A stretch of DNA of 32,000 nt from Okeania sp. SIO2C9 (GCF_010672455.1 NZ_JAAHGO010000007.1:306659-338658); one strand, 5' to 3'. Counted from the stretch's first letter, positions 1-9,487 are shown. Program-made: numbers and translations. Notes: a model not told the origin generated them from the sequence alone.

Positions 1-800
1 CTCTTGGTGCTAGTGTGGCAGAACTTAATTTTAAGAGTATTATAGACCAATTATCAGCTTTAATGTATGAGTATCCATTTACTGTGCCTGCTTATTATGC
101 TTTGATTATTCGTTCTTTGGTAACTTTGGAAGGTATTGCGATTAATGTCGAGCCTAATTTTAAGGTGTTGAGTAAAGCTTATCCTTATGTGGCGAAACGT
201 TTACTAACTGACCCTGCTCCTGAGTTAAGAACTTCTCTGAAAGATTTACTTTTTAAGGATGGTGATTTTCGTTGGAATAGATTGGAAAATCTATTAAGAA
301 ATGCGAGTAATAGTGATGATTATGATATTAGCAAGGTATTAGACCAAGCTCTAGATTTCTTATTGTCTGAACGTGGTGATTTTATTCGGGTGCGTTTAGT
401 TGAAGAGTTGATTAATAGTCTTGACCTAGCATCCAGAAATACTTTTTCTAATATGAGAAATAGAGTGGGTGAATTGTTGGGTATGAAGGAAGAAAAACCG
501 ACCAGAATTACATCTACAAATTCTCCAGAAGAAAAAAGAGCAGAGCATATTCAACGTATTTGGCAAATTATTCAAGATACTCCTGGTTTTGATGCTATGC
601 AGTTAGCGCAGTTAGTACCAAATTTGTTGGTTAAACCAGAAATGCAAAAGATGGGGCAACAAGTGGCAAGTGGTTTGACTCAACGGGCGATCGCTCGTTT
701 GATTCGTCAAGTATTATTATCTCCAGAGCATTCTAATGGTAATGGTAATGGTCATCAACCAGATACTAAACCTCAACTTTCTTTGCCTATTCCAAGGTAA
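1..800 (+). CDS. ABC1/UbiB (AarF) family atypical kinase, C-terminal part; 5' end lies outside the window
   Basis: The frame is open from the window edge (LGASVAELNFKS...). YPFTVPAYYALIIRSLVTLEGIAINVEPNFKVLSKAYPYVAKRLLTDP is the conserved C-terminal region of cyanobacterial/plastid ABC1 kinases. TAA stop at 798-800. Confidence 0.8.
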   Translation, partial: LGASVAELNFKSIIDQLSALMYEYPFTVPAYYALIIRSLVTLEGIAINVEPNFKVLSKAYPYVAKRLLTDPAPELRTSLKDLLFKDGDFRWNRLENLLRNASNSDDYDISKVLDQALDFLLSERGDFIRVRLVEELINSLDLASRNTFSNMRNRVGELLGMKEEKPTRITSTNSPEEKRAEHIQRIWQIIQDTPGFDAMQLAQLVPNLLVKPEMQKMGQQVASGLTQRAIARLIRQVLLSPEHSNGNGNGHQPDTKPQLSLPIPR

Positions 801-809
801 GTTGATTAA

Positions 810-1038
810 TTAGGGTTTGCTGAAAAAGTCTTTTAGTAGGAGTAGGAGACAGGAGACAGGAGACAGGAGAAATAGGAATTTAGAAGAGGTAGGAGTAAGA
901 ATTGTCCCTTGATTTTTCTGCCCAACTATGAGCCTAAAATATGAGCGTGAAGAGCTGAAAACCAGGTACTTTTTTCGACCCCAAAAAGGCACTTGTCTTT
1001 ATATGTCAATGCTTTTAGATTTAATCAGCAATCCCTAG
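810..1038 (-). mobile_element. MITE family 1 copy (TIR TTAGGG(C/T)TTGC...GCAAACCCTAA), reverse orientation, internal (CAGGAGA)n
   Basis: It starts TTAGGGTTTGCTGAAAAAGTCTTTT and ends TTAATCAGCAATCCCTAG. These are the reverse complements of the ends of the forward copies. There is no coding capacity. Confidence 0.75.
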
Positions 1039-1385
1039 TTATTTAATAGTTAATTATTATTAGTTGTTAGTAGGAAAAGTTTCTACTGGCAACTAATTTT
1101 TTTATCAAAAAATGGAGGCTTAATTGAGCAATAATACCAAATTGATAAATGTTTGCTACAAATAATTTTCTAGGTGTTATACCAAATTCAAAAAAGGTCG
1201 CTACAGTATTAATCTCAAAACTCCTACCAACAAAATAAAGCACTGTAACAGTATTTTTTGAAAATGGTATTAGGTGGTAGATGTTAGGTACTAGATGCTA
1301 GGTTTTAGGTTTTAGGTGGATTATTATAGCCAGTTTATTTGTAAAATTATTTTTTCAATTTGGTATAATACCAAATTTAATTTAA

Positions 1386-1627
1386 TTAGGGCTTGCTGAT
1401 TAACTGTCAAAGCCTTTATCTGTCAACACTTGATAATTTTTAGAGTTAAAAAATGTGCAAGTTTTTTGGTCTAAAAAGCTAAAAAAATTAGAGTTTTGAG
1501 TAGATAAGGATAGAAAAATAAAGGGATATTTCTTCCTCCTAAATCCTCTAAATTATGAATTATGAATTATAAATTATAAATCCTGAATTATATCCTCAAC
1601 TATAAGACTTTTGAGCGCAAACCCTAA
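1386..1627 (+). mobile_element. MITE family 1 copy, internal (AATTATG/AATTATA)n
   Basis: TTAGGGCTTGCTGATTAA ... GAGCGCAAACCCTAA. It aligns along its length with the copies at 1628, 2533 and 4158. Confidence 0.8.
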
Positions 1628-1867
1628 TTAGGGCTTGCCGATTAAATCTAAAAGTATTTATAGACAAAGGTTTTAGCCTTTTTAAGTATCAAAAAATGCG
1701 AGGTTTTAGGTGGTAATGGTTCAAAAATGAGTGGATTTTGGTCAAGAGTTGAGCAGAAAAATCAAGGGACGATTCTTCCTACTATTTCCTCTATAGTTTC
1801 CATTTCTCCTGTCTCCTGTCTCCTGTCTCCTACCCGAGCAAAAAGACTTTCCATACGCAAACCCTAA
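1628..1867 (+). mobile_element. MITE family 1 copy, internal (CTCCTGT)n; abuts the previous copy head-to-tail
   Basis: TTAGGGCTTGCCGATTAAAT ... CATACGCAAACCCTAA. The junction with the previous copy reads CCCTAA|TTAGGG at 1627/1628. Confidence 0.8.
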
Positions 1868-2532
1868 TTAGTATCTTTCTAAAGAGGGGAAAGCAAAAGG
1901 CAGAATGATTAAAAAAGAGTTGGAAAAAGTATCTTTTAATAACTGGAATTAGTATAAAATTTAAACTCCACTATACAGTAGATAAATTATATTATCGGGA
2001 ATTCAACAAAGCAAAAATGAACATTTATCAAAAATCATTCAAGCTAATTTTAGCGGGAAATACAAACATTCCTGCAATGATTAACGCTATTATTGGAGCT
2101 ACCCTTCAAGCACGAAGTGATACTAAAAATAGTGATTTAACTTTTCGTCAAGTACACATTTTTCATTCTGAACAATCATTACAAGCTTTGACAACTTCAG
2201 TAACTTGGCAAGAAGCTCTAAGCAACTATAAAATTTCTTCAACAAGTTTAGTTCATCATGTCACAAAAATAGAAGATTCTAATATTGATAGATTTAGGGA
2301 TCTTGTAGAGCAACTACGAAAAAATTTAACCCTTTTGATAACCCACAAAACTATATTGACTTGACAGGTGGTATTTCATCTCTTAAGTCTATACTTGCTG
2401 TTTTTGCTTATGTACTTGATATAGAAAATATTTATTCGTTGGAAATAGATTTCTCTAAATATACAGTTATTAGAAATATTAGAAAAAAGCCAGCTAGTCT
2501 TTTTTCTCATGATTTAGAAAAAGCAGGTGTAA

Positions 2533-2770
2533 GTATGGTTTACTGATTAAATATAAAAGCACTGACATATAAAGGTTTTAGCATTTTTTAGTTAAAAAAA
2601 GTCTAAGCTTTTAGGTCGCTTAGGTTCAAAAAATTAACATTTTAGGCAACAGTTGTGCAGAAAAATCAAGGGACTATTCTTCCTCCTAGCTCCTATATAA
2701 TTCCCCTAACTCCTAACTCCTAACTCCTGACTCCTACCCTCACCCATAAGACTTTTTGAGCAAACCCTAA
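2533..2770 (+). mobile_element. MITE family 1 copy inserted in the CARF-HEPN-mCpol-like gene, internal (CTCCTAA)n
   Basis: GTATGGTTTACTGATTAAAT (degenerate left TIR) ... TTGAGCAAACCCTAA. Deleting exactly 2533-2770 (238 bp) joins the flanking frames in phase (...EKAGV-NIKYRKFPP...). Confidence 0.75.
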
Positions 2771-3780
2771 ATATAAAATATCGCAAATTTCCGCCGATAA
2801 GGGAGTTTGATAATTTCGGAAAATTAAATTACACAGAAGTTTTACGCCATCGCTCAAATATTAACTATCTTGTAAATTGCCTAACAAATTTATTACCTTC
2901 TGGATTTGATATTGAACATTTACGAGAATCACTTTTATCTGGAGTAAATTCTTGTCTAATTGGCGAAGTAACTGAAGAAACCTATAGTGATCGTCATTCT
3001 ATTTTTTCTTCCTCTGCTGGAGTTGAAGAAGTCGCAAATATCATTTTAACGATTATAAAAAGTGCTGATTTGGAAAACAAAACACTAGGAAAAAAGTTAG
3101 ATGAAGTGCGGGATGTTTTTTCTCAAAATCCAAAATACTTCGTTAAGACTGAAACATTAGAATATATCACTAGACTAATCACCTCCGTACGAAATGATAT
3201 TGCTCATCCTTCTTCAGAAAATAGTTATTCAAAGGATATAATAGCTATTCAATCTCGCTTGTCTTCTCAATTAGCATTTGCATTTATACAATTTACGACT
3301 AAAACACTAAGTTCTTTTCTAGATAAAAATGGTCAACTTGTAAATGTTCAAATTCTAGAAACCCCAGCAGATAAAAATCAGACAATTTTTTATTTCGGGT
3401 TCGATGGTGATTCTACTGACTACTATTTAGAAATGGCGTTTGAAAAATCAAATGAAGACGAAGTAAGACAACGAAGTCAGATATTACATGAAGTTATTGG
3501 GGAGTTGAAAAAGTTAATCTACAAAGCAACAAAAGATAACAAAAGTGTACTTTTTGCAGAAGGAGACAATATTCTATTTAAAGCATCTTATCAGGCAATA
3601 TCATTTCTCTGTAACAATGCGCTTAATAATTGTTGCTCAGACCTTATTAAACGGACTATTCTAATCTTTGATATTAAGTGCAACTTCATGGATAAATGGT
3701 ATAAGTTTACTAAACAATTTACAGAGAATTTACAAAGAGAGAACTGGATTAACTGGCACTATAGGATATGTTCATTAATG

Positions 3781-3925
3781 GATAATTGATAATGGATAAT
3801 TGATAATTACCTCTGGTTAAAACCGCTCTTGATTGAATATAAGGAATATTGTCTTTTTTTTCCTCTTAAAAGGGGAGGCTTTAAACCAGAATTATTTAAT
3901 TATTAATTATTAATTATTCGGTAAA
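3781..3925 (+). mobile_element. MITE family 2 copy (AT-rich heptamer array + ATTACCTCT ... CCTTAAAAGGGGAGGC ... TTCGGTAAA), short variant
   Basis: (GATAATT)n followed by ATTACCTCTGGTTAAAACC...CCTCTTAAAAGGGGAGGCTTTAAACC...TTCGGTAAA. It is homologous to the copies at 6284, 20352, 21160 and 31358, and in reverse to those at 11705 and 14804. Confidence 0.7.
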
Positions 3926-4157
3926 ACATTACCTGAAGTTGCTTTAGCAATGCGTCTATCTAAAGCTAAAGGTGGAGGTAAAATTATGGGTATAGCTTTA
4001 AAAAATTAGAAATAGAGAATTAGCAAAAATTAATTACAGTCTAAAGTTTTCTAATTAATCTAATGTCAAGTAGCGAGTGTATTGTAATTCAAAATTTTGA
4101 CATTTTTATCTAACTATTTCCTATATAACAATCCTAAATAGGTTGTGAAAAATTGAA

Positions 4158-4402
4158 TTAGGGCTTCTTGATTAAATATCAAAGCATTTATAGACAAAGA
4201 TTTGAGAATTTTTAGGTCGAAAAAAGTGCGCTTGTTTCAGTCTAAAATGCTCAAAAAATTAGGATTTTGGGAGGATTATGGCAGAAAAGTCAAGGTACGA
4301 TTCTTCTGACTACTTCTTCTATAATTCCCATTCCTCCTGACTTCACCGATTCTGGATTCTGGCTCCTACCCTTACCAAAAAACTTTATTCAGCAAACCCT
4401 AA
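4158..4402 (+). mobile_element. MITE family 1 copy, internal (GATTCTG)2
   Basis: TTAGGGCTTCTTGATTAAAT ... TTCAGCAAACCCTAA. Confidence 0.8.
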
Positions 4403-4690
4403 TTATAATTAATAGCCATTAGACATCTCTAAAAAAATATAAATATATAGAATTTTTGTAAGAGTAGAGAAAAAGGAACAGGGAATAGGGAATAAATTTT
4501 CAATCCAAAGATAGGAAAAATGATTTTGTAAGTGAATTTTACAACTTTACCTTATGTTAAATAAAGAGCAAGTTTATTTTCTGTAGATATCTATTAAAAA
4601 TCCTTTATATTCTGACTCGCTGACTCCAGCAATTCTTACTCCTAACCAACACTAAAATATTACAAATGAAATTAGGATGACTATATAACT

Positions 4691-6127
4691 ATGGAAAAAC
4701 AACCAACCTCTAAAAAACGCGCCGATGCTTTAGATGCTTTGCGTGGATTTGCTATTTTAATGATGGTATTATCTGGCATAATTCCTCGTGATGGAACATT
4801 ACCTGCTTGGATGTATCATGCTCAAACACCGCCACCAAATTATGTATTTAATCCTAATATTCCTGGACTGACTTGGGTAGATATTGTTTTTCCAATTTTC
4901 TTATTTGCAATGGGAGCATCTATACCCCTAGCTTTATCTCGATTAATAAATAAAGGATGGCGATACATTTCAATATTTTTATTCATCCTGAAAAGAGGTT
5001 TTTTACTAGGCACATTTGCTATAGTGCTTCAACATTTTCGACCGCACATTATTAATAATGCAGAGGAAATTCCCGAAAAGTGGAAACTTGCTTTATTGGG
5101 ATTTTTAATCCTCTTTTTAATGTTCAGTCGTTTACCTAAAATTTTCCCCAAGTTTCTAAATCAATTTATTAGTATAGCTGGGTGGAGTATATGTATTTTA
5201 GTTCTGAGTAGATTAACATATCCAGATGGTAGTAACTTTTCATTAGAACGTAGTGATATTATTCTCATCGTTTTAACTAATATGGCAGTTTTTGGTTCGA
5301 TAATTTGGTTATTTACTAAATCTAATTGGTGGTTACGTTTAGGATTATTGGGAATATTATTAGGACTAAGATTTTCTGCTGCTGATGATGGATGGGTAAA
5401 ATATTTTTGGTTTAACTCTCCTTTACCTTGGATTTTTAGATTTGATTATTTAAAGTACTTATTTATTGTTATTCCAGGTACTATTGGCGGAGATTTAATT
5501 TTAAAATGGATGAGAAATAATGAAAGTAGCGATCGCAATTCAAACTTAGAAAAATGGCCAGCTAGTCGTTTTTTTATTATTGCAGTATTAATGCTAACTA
5601 TTGACTTGGTGTTATTGATTGGGTTACAATCTAGGCTTGTTTTAGAAACGAGTTTAATAAGTGGAGTTTTATGTGCTTCTGGTTGGTTATTATTCCAGCA
5701 ACCAAGTAATCAGATAGAAAGTTTACTCAATAAACTTTATAGTTGGGGGATTTATTGGCTAGCATTAGGATTAGCTTTTGAGCCTTTTCAAGGTGGAGTT
5801 AAAAAAGACAGTGCTACCCTAAGTTACTTTTTCATTACCACAGGAATGTCTATTTTTTTGTTAATTCTATTCACTGTTGTTAGAGATTATTTTCAGCAGA
5901 AAAATATTCTCAAATTATTTATCTATAATGGTCAAAATCCAATGATAGCTTATGTGGTTTTTGGTAACTTACTCTTACCTATCTTAAAATTAACTGGATG
6001 GTATGAAGAAATTACACAAATGACTCAAACCACAAATTTAGGATTATTTACGGGATTTATTTATACATTCATAGTGGCATTAATCGTAAGTATTTTTAGC
6101 AAATCCAAGCTTTTTTGGAGGACTTAA
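4691..6127 (+). CDS. DUF5009 / heparan-alpha-glucosaminide N-acetyltransferase-like polytopic membrane protein
   Basis: 478-aa ORF with many hydrophobic segments. The N-terminus ADALDALRGFAILMMVLSG...LPAWMYHAQTPPP...PGLTWVDIVFPIFLFAMGASIPLA is typical of this acyltransferase-3-like family. Confidence 0.75.
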   Translation: MEKQPTSKKRADALDALRGFAILMMVLSGIIPRDGTLPAWMYHAQTPPPNYVFNPNIPGLTWVDIVFPIFLFAMGASIPLALSRLINKGWRYISIFLFILKRGFLLGTFAIVLQHFRPHIINNAEEIPEKWKLALLGFLILFLMFSRLPKIFPKFLNQFISIAGWSICILVLSRLTYPDGSNFSLERSDIILIVLTNMAVFGSIIWLFTKSNWWLRLGLLGILLGLRFSAADDGWVKYFWFNSPLPWIFRFDYLKYLFIVIPGTIGGDLILKWMRNNESSDRNSNLEKWPASRFFIIAVLMLTIDLVLLIGLQSRLVLETSLISGVLCASGWLLFQQPSNQIESLLNKLYSWGIYWLALGLAFEPFQGGVKKDSATLSYFFITTGMSIFLLILFTVVRDYFQQKNILKLFIYNGQNPMIAYVVFGNLLLPILKLTGWYEEITQMTQTTNLGLFTGFIYTFIVALIVSIFSKSKLFWRT

Positions 6128-6283
6128 AAACAGCATTGAAGAAGGCAGAAGGCAGAAGGCAAAATTGCTTAAGACAGAGAATTTTTTTTCCTACTGTGCC
6201 CTGCTGTAGTGAAAGCCTTAAAGCTAATATTAAAATATAGATAATGATGAAACTAATTCATTTATCTCCGTCGAGCTACGTTC

Positions 6284-6413
6284 AATAATGAATAATTAAT
6301 AATGAATAATTAATAATTACCTCTCCTTGAAAAGAAGAGGATTGACTCAAAAGAAAATTTTTATTTATTATCCCCTTAAAAGGGGAGGCGCATACCCACA
6401 ATTTTTCGGTAAA
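6284..6413 (+). mobile_element. MITE family 2 copy, short variant
   Basis: (AATAATG/AATAATT)n then ATTACCTCTCCTTGAAAAGAAGAGGATTGAC...CCCCTTAAAAGGGGAGGCGCATACCCACAATTTTTCGGTAAA. Confidence 0.75.
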
Positions 6414-6631
6414 TTCAAAATTGAATCTTAATTCTATGCAGCTTCATTTTAATTGGATATTAGAATATTACTACTTGTACAGTACTATAGGATTTATCAA
6501 GTTACTGAGGTACAGTTATTTTTCTTTTTTTTTATCCCCTATTCCCTACTCCCTAAAGCAAAGGAATTTTGTACTTCACTCTTCTTGGGAATTGCTATAC
6601 CAATATTTATTAATAAAAGAAGGAGGATTTG

Positions 6632-6991
6632 ATGAGTAGTATAATTCCTGTTATTTTTGTATGGTTTATAGCACTATTTGGAGCTTGTTTAGGTATTGTT
6701 ATTGGAGGTACTATTGGGGGAATTGTTGGTGCAATTACCAACTTAATCACTAAATTTAGATGCACGATGAGAATATTCAATGCAGCAACTTTTACTTCAC
6801 TTTTGAGTACCTTCATTTTTCTCGTTGTAGCTCATCAAAAAATTCAACCTTTAAATTGTGCGGATGGTTTAGATGGACTGTATGCTTGTTTCAGTCCACT
6901 ACTTATCCCATTTTGGGGAGCAATTATTGGAGGAATATTTGGCTCATTTGTAGGAGTTATCATGGAAATATATACTAAATCTAATAGTTAA
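6632..6991 (+). CDS. Small membrane protein with two glycine-zipper segments (hypothetical)
   Basis: ATG at 6632 lies 5 nt after a strong AGGAGG (6621-6626). The protein contains GIVIGGTIGGIVGAI and GAIIGGIFGSFVGVI. No recognisable family. Confidence 0.6.
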   Translation: MSSIIPVIFVWFIALFGACLGIVIGGTIGGIVGAITNLITKFRCTMRIFNAATFTSLLSTFIFLVVAHQKIQPLNCADGLDGLYACFSPLLIPFWGAIIGGIFGSFVGVIMEIYTKSNS

Positions 6992-7105
6992 ATTCAAGAG
7001 TGTATTGAAATATCTCGTATTGATTTTGGATAAATTAGTTTTAATATCAAGTCTGATTAGTTAGCAATAATAAAAATATTTTCTCTGATAAATTTCTGCC
7101 TGTTG

Positions 7106-7172
7106 CCTATTCCCTATTCCCTATTCCCTATTCCCTATTCCCTATTCCCTATTCCCTATTCCCTATTCCCTA
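7106..7172. repeat. Heptamer STRR array (CCCTATT) of about 9 units
   Basis: Perfect tandem CCCTATT units read directly. The array ends 3 nt from the stop codon (7176-7178, minus strand) of the GGDEF gene. Confidence 0.95.
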
Positions 7173-7175
7173 ATC

Positions 7176-8684
7176 TTAACAAACATAATTAATTCTATGA
7201 GCAATAACACAATCTCGTCCCTGTTCTTTTGCTTGATAAAGTGCCTGATCGGCATCTATTAATAATGTACGAGCAGATAATTGTAACGTAGGAATTACGC
7301 TACTTACTCCTAAACTTACAGTTACATAAGGACTTACTTTTGAACAAGCATGAGGTATTTCAAGCCTTTTGATTTCTCTCCTAATTAATTCTGCTCTTCG
7401 TAAAGCTTCCTCAATATTTGTATTTGGTAATATAACTCCAAATTCTTCGCCACCATAACGACAGACTAAATCTGTAGAAAATTTAGCTACCTTGCTAATA
7501 GCTTGAGCAACTTTTTTGAGGCATTGGTCTCCCTCTGGATGCCCATAACAATCATTATAATATTTGAAATAATCCACATCACAAAGGATGAGAGATAAAT
7601 ATTTTTTTTCTTGTCTAAGTTGCTCCCATTTTTGATGAAAATATTCATCAAATGTACGACGATTAGCTAGAGAAGTTAAACTATCAAAACTGGCAATTCG
7701 TTTTAAATCTTGGTTTGCTTTTTTAAGAGCTATCTCAGATTTTTTCCGTTGAATTAATCCACCTAACTGAGTTGCCACAGCATTAACTAACTGTATAGAA
7801 TTTTGATCTAATGTTTGAGAAAATTTCTGGAAAAATACTAAGATAGCTAAAACCTGTTGCTCTAGAATAATCGGTATTCCTAAAGCAGATTTAATACCTA
7901 TTTTTTCAGCAATTTGAAAACCAATCAAAACCGATTCTTTTTCCAGATAAATATCTTTGACCCATTCTGTTTGCTGAGAATTCCACACCCTTTGTAGTAA
8001 GCTTTGTTGAGAGTTAAAGGTAATAATCTGATGCTGTTGTCGAAATTTTAGAGCTGCGGGTAAAGTACCATTATTACTATTACTAGAATACCATCCTCTA
8101 CTAAATTTGAGCATTGTAGCTTCTGGGTCAGGAATCCATGCTTCTCCAAAATCCCAATTCATTGTTTGACAAACTTCTGCTAAAGTTAATTCTAATGCTG
8201 ATTCAATATCAGATGCTTCACTAATAGCATGAGTCACTTTTAATAATAGTTGTAATAAAGCATTTTGTTGTTGTAATTGCTGCTGTAGCGATCGAAGACG
8301 TAATTGGTTTTCAATTCTGGCTAAAATTTCAATTAATTCAAATGGTTTTGTAATATAATCTACTCCACCCACAGTAAAAGCTTTAACTTTATCCATCGCT
8401 CTATCCAAAGCAGAGATAAAAACTATAGGGATATTAGCAGTTTGTTTATCTATCTTGAGACATTCACAAATTTGATAGCCATCCATTTCTGGCATTTTAA
8501 CTTCTAATAAAATCAGGTCTGGCAGATCAAAATAAATATTTTCTAGAGCTTCTTTTCCACTGGTGGCAATTTGCACTTTATACCCTTGTACAGATAACAA
8601 CTCAGTCAACAGCTTTAAACTTTTAGGATTATCGTTAATAATTAAGATACTTTCTCTAAGTATAGAATTTTGTTGTTGATACAT
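7176..8684 (-). CDS. Response regulator receiver - GAF - GGDEF diguanylate cyclase
   Basis: N-terminal REC region (ILIINDNPKS...DLILLEVKMPEMDGY...PIVFISA...ITKPF), a coiled-coil linker, a central GAF-like region, and a C-terminal GGDEF domain (DSLTSLANRR...DVDYFKYYNDCYGHPEGD...YGGEEFGVILP...ADQALYQAKEQGRD). Confidence 0.85.
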   Translation of the reverse strand: MYQQQNSILRESILIINDNPKSLKLLTELLSVQGYKVQIATSGKEALENIYFDLPDLILLEVKMPEMDGYQICECLKIDKQTANIPIVFISALDRAMDKVKAFTVGGVDYITKPFELIEILARIENQLRLRSLQQQLQQQNALLQLLLKVTHAISEASDIESALELTLAEVCQTMNWDFGEAWIPDPEATMLKFSRGWYSSNSNNGTLPAALKFRQQHQIITFNSQQSLLQRVWNSQQTEWVKDIYLEKESVLIGFQIAEKIGIKSALGIPIILEQQVLAILVFFQKFSQTLDQNSIQLVNAVATQLGGLIQRKKSEIALKKANQDLKRIASFDSLTSLANRRTFDEYFHQKWEQLRQEKKYLSLILCDVDYFKYYNDCYGHPEGDQCLKKVAQAISKVAKFSTDLVCRYGGEEFGVILPNTNIEEALRRAELIRREIKRLEIPHACSKVSPYVTVSLGVSSVIPTLQLSARTLLIDADQALYQAKEQGRDCVIAHRINYVC

Positions 8685-8711
8685 GATTGAGTTGCGGTAG
8701 AGTAAATATGG

Positions 8712-8862
8712 TTACCAATGGATAATTGACAATTGATAATTAATTAATTAATCTTTAAGGTCTCTTCTTTTGAAGAATAAAAAATTTAACAATTTCTTCG
8801 GTTGTATCAATCCTCTTCCTAAAATGAGGGAGATAATTATTAATTATTGAATATTTGGTGTA
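8712..8862 (-). mobile_element. Degenerate MITE family 2 copy (reverse orientation)
   Basis: GTATCAATCCTCTTCCTAAAATGAGGGAGATAATT resembles the reverse complement of AATTACCTCTCC..AAGAGGATTGAC. It is flanked by GATAATT-type repeats. Strongly diverged. Confidence 0.4.
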
Positions 8863-9120
8863 GCTATTGGCCAAATTTAAGAAAATTAAATTTGTGTCAT
8901 ATTTAGGAGGGTATAGAGTTGTCATATTAACTCTGTCAAATAATAATTAATAGCTGTTTAATTGAATTTCATCTACTCTCTTAAGGAAGCTACAAGCATT
9001 TTTTGTAACATGTACCCTGAAGTGTTTTAAACATAGCAGTTTTCAGTTTAGTGAGGTACTACCAGTTTTTCTTCTTTTCTGTTCCTATATCTGGTGGTCT
9101 CTAAAACCTGAATTTTTGCA

Positions 9121-9487
9121 CCCCATCAGTATAAAAATTGCTATCTTCATGTATAACATAACTTTAATATAAAAATATTTAACTTTAATTAATATAGCAT
9201 TTTCATTTGAGTGGTGAAAATACTTTTGAGGAAAAAGCAACAAGGAATCAAGCAGATCGAGATTTTTGATTGTGGAATTAAAGATACAGCCATTTTTGCC
9301 AATTTTATATGAATGATTTGTATTAGATTCAGAAAATTCTAAAATCAGCTTTCATATAGTTGATTGATTACTAATTTTTGGTTAGAGGACATCAGTATAA
9401 GAGGATGAAAATAGGGCTTAATTTTTTACTTTATTAACTTTTTTAACTGTCAGCTTAACAAGTATAGCATTTTTAATACTGATGAGG
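9121..9487. mobile_element. Candidate MITE bounded by 24-bp imperfect inverted repeats
   Basis: CCCCATCAGTATAAAAATTGCTAT (9121-9144) matches the reverse complement of ATAGCATTTTTAATACTGATGAGG (9464-9487) at 21 of 24 positions. The interior is AT-rich and non-coding. Confidence 0.4.

Larger units (their letters stand above)
2017..4009 (+). pseudogene. Disrupted CARF - HEPN - minimal-CRISPR-polymerase(mCpol)/GGDEF-palm-like fusion gene
   Basis: ORF pieces 2017-2364, 2298-2546, 2771-3789 and 3926-4009 belong together. Motifs: NYIDLTGGISSLKS (DxTGG, CARF-type); SVRNDIAHP (RNxxxH, HEPN); FYFGFDGDSTDYY and VLFAEGDNILFKA (palm beta1 Asp and a GGDD-like hairpin); alternate-frame ERTGLTGTIGYVH; and a tail LSKAKGGGKIMGIALKN ending in TAG at 4007-4009. 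Lesions: a 1-nt frameshift in the A-run at 2319-2324, a MITE at 2533-2770, frame problems around 3600-3660, and a MITE at 3781-3925. Confidence 0.6.

Noticed and set aside
810-992. 60-aa minus-strand ORF
   Set aside because: It lies entirely inside a family 1 MITE and its heptamer array.
810-4402. TTAGGG/CCCTAA at element ends as telomere-like repeats
   Set aside because: These are single hexamers forming terminal inverted repeats of a MITE, not tandem arrays. The resemblance to eukaryotic telomere units is coincidental.
6421-6978. ORFs 6421-6639, 6610-6816(-) and 6760-6978
   Set aside because: They overlap the better-supported 6632-6991 gene (strong SD, coherent membrane protein) or low-complexity AT-rich sequence. 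No motifs are present.
7106-7172. Heptamer and octamer arrays (also 17745-17772, 24947-24995, 31621-31668) as regulatory repeats or CRISPR-like arrays
   Set aside because: The units are 7-8 nt with no spacers. They match the well-known cyanobacterial STRR phenomenon, and no specific function can be inferred from sequence alone.
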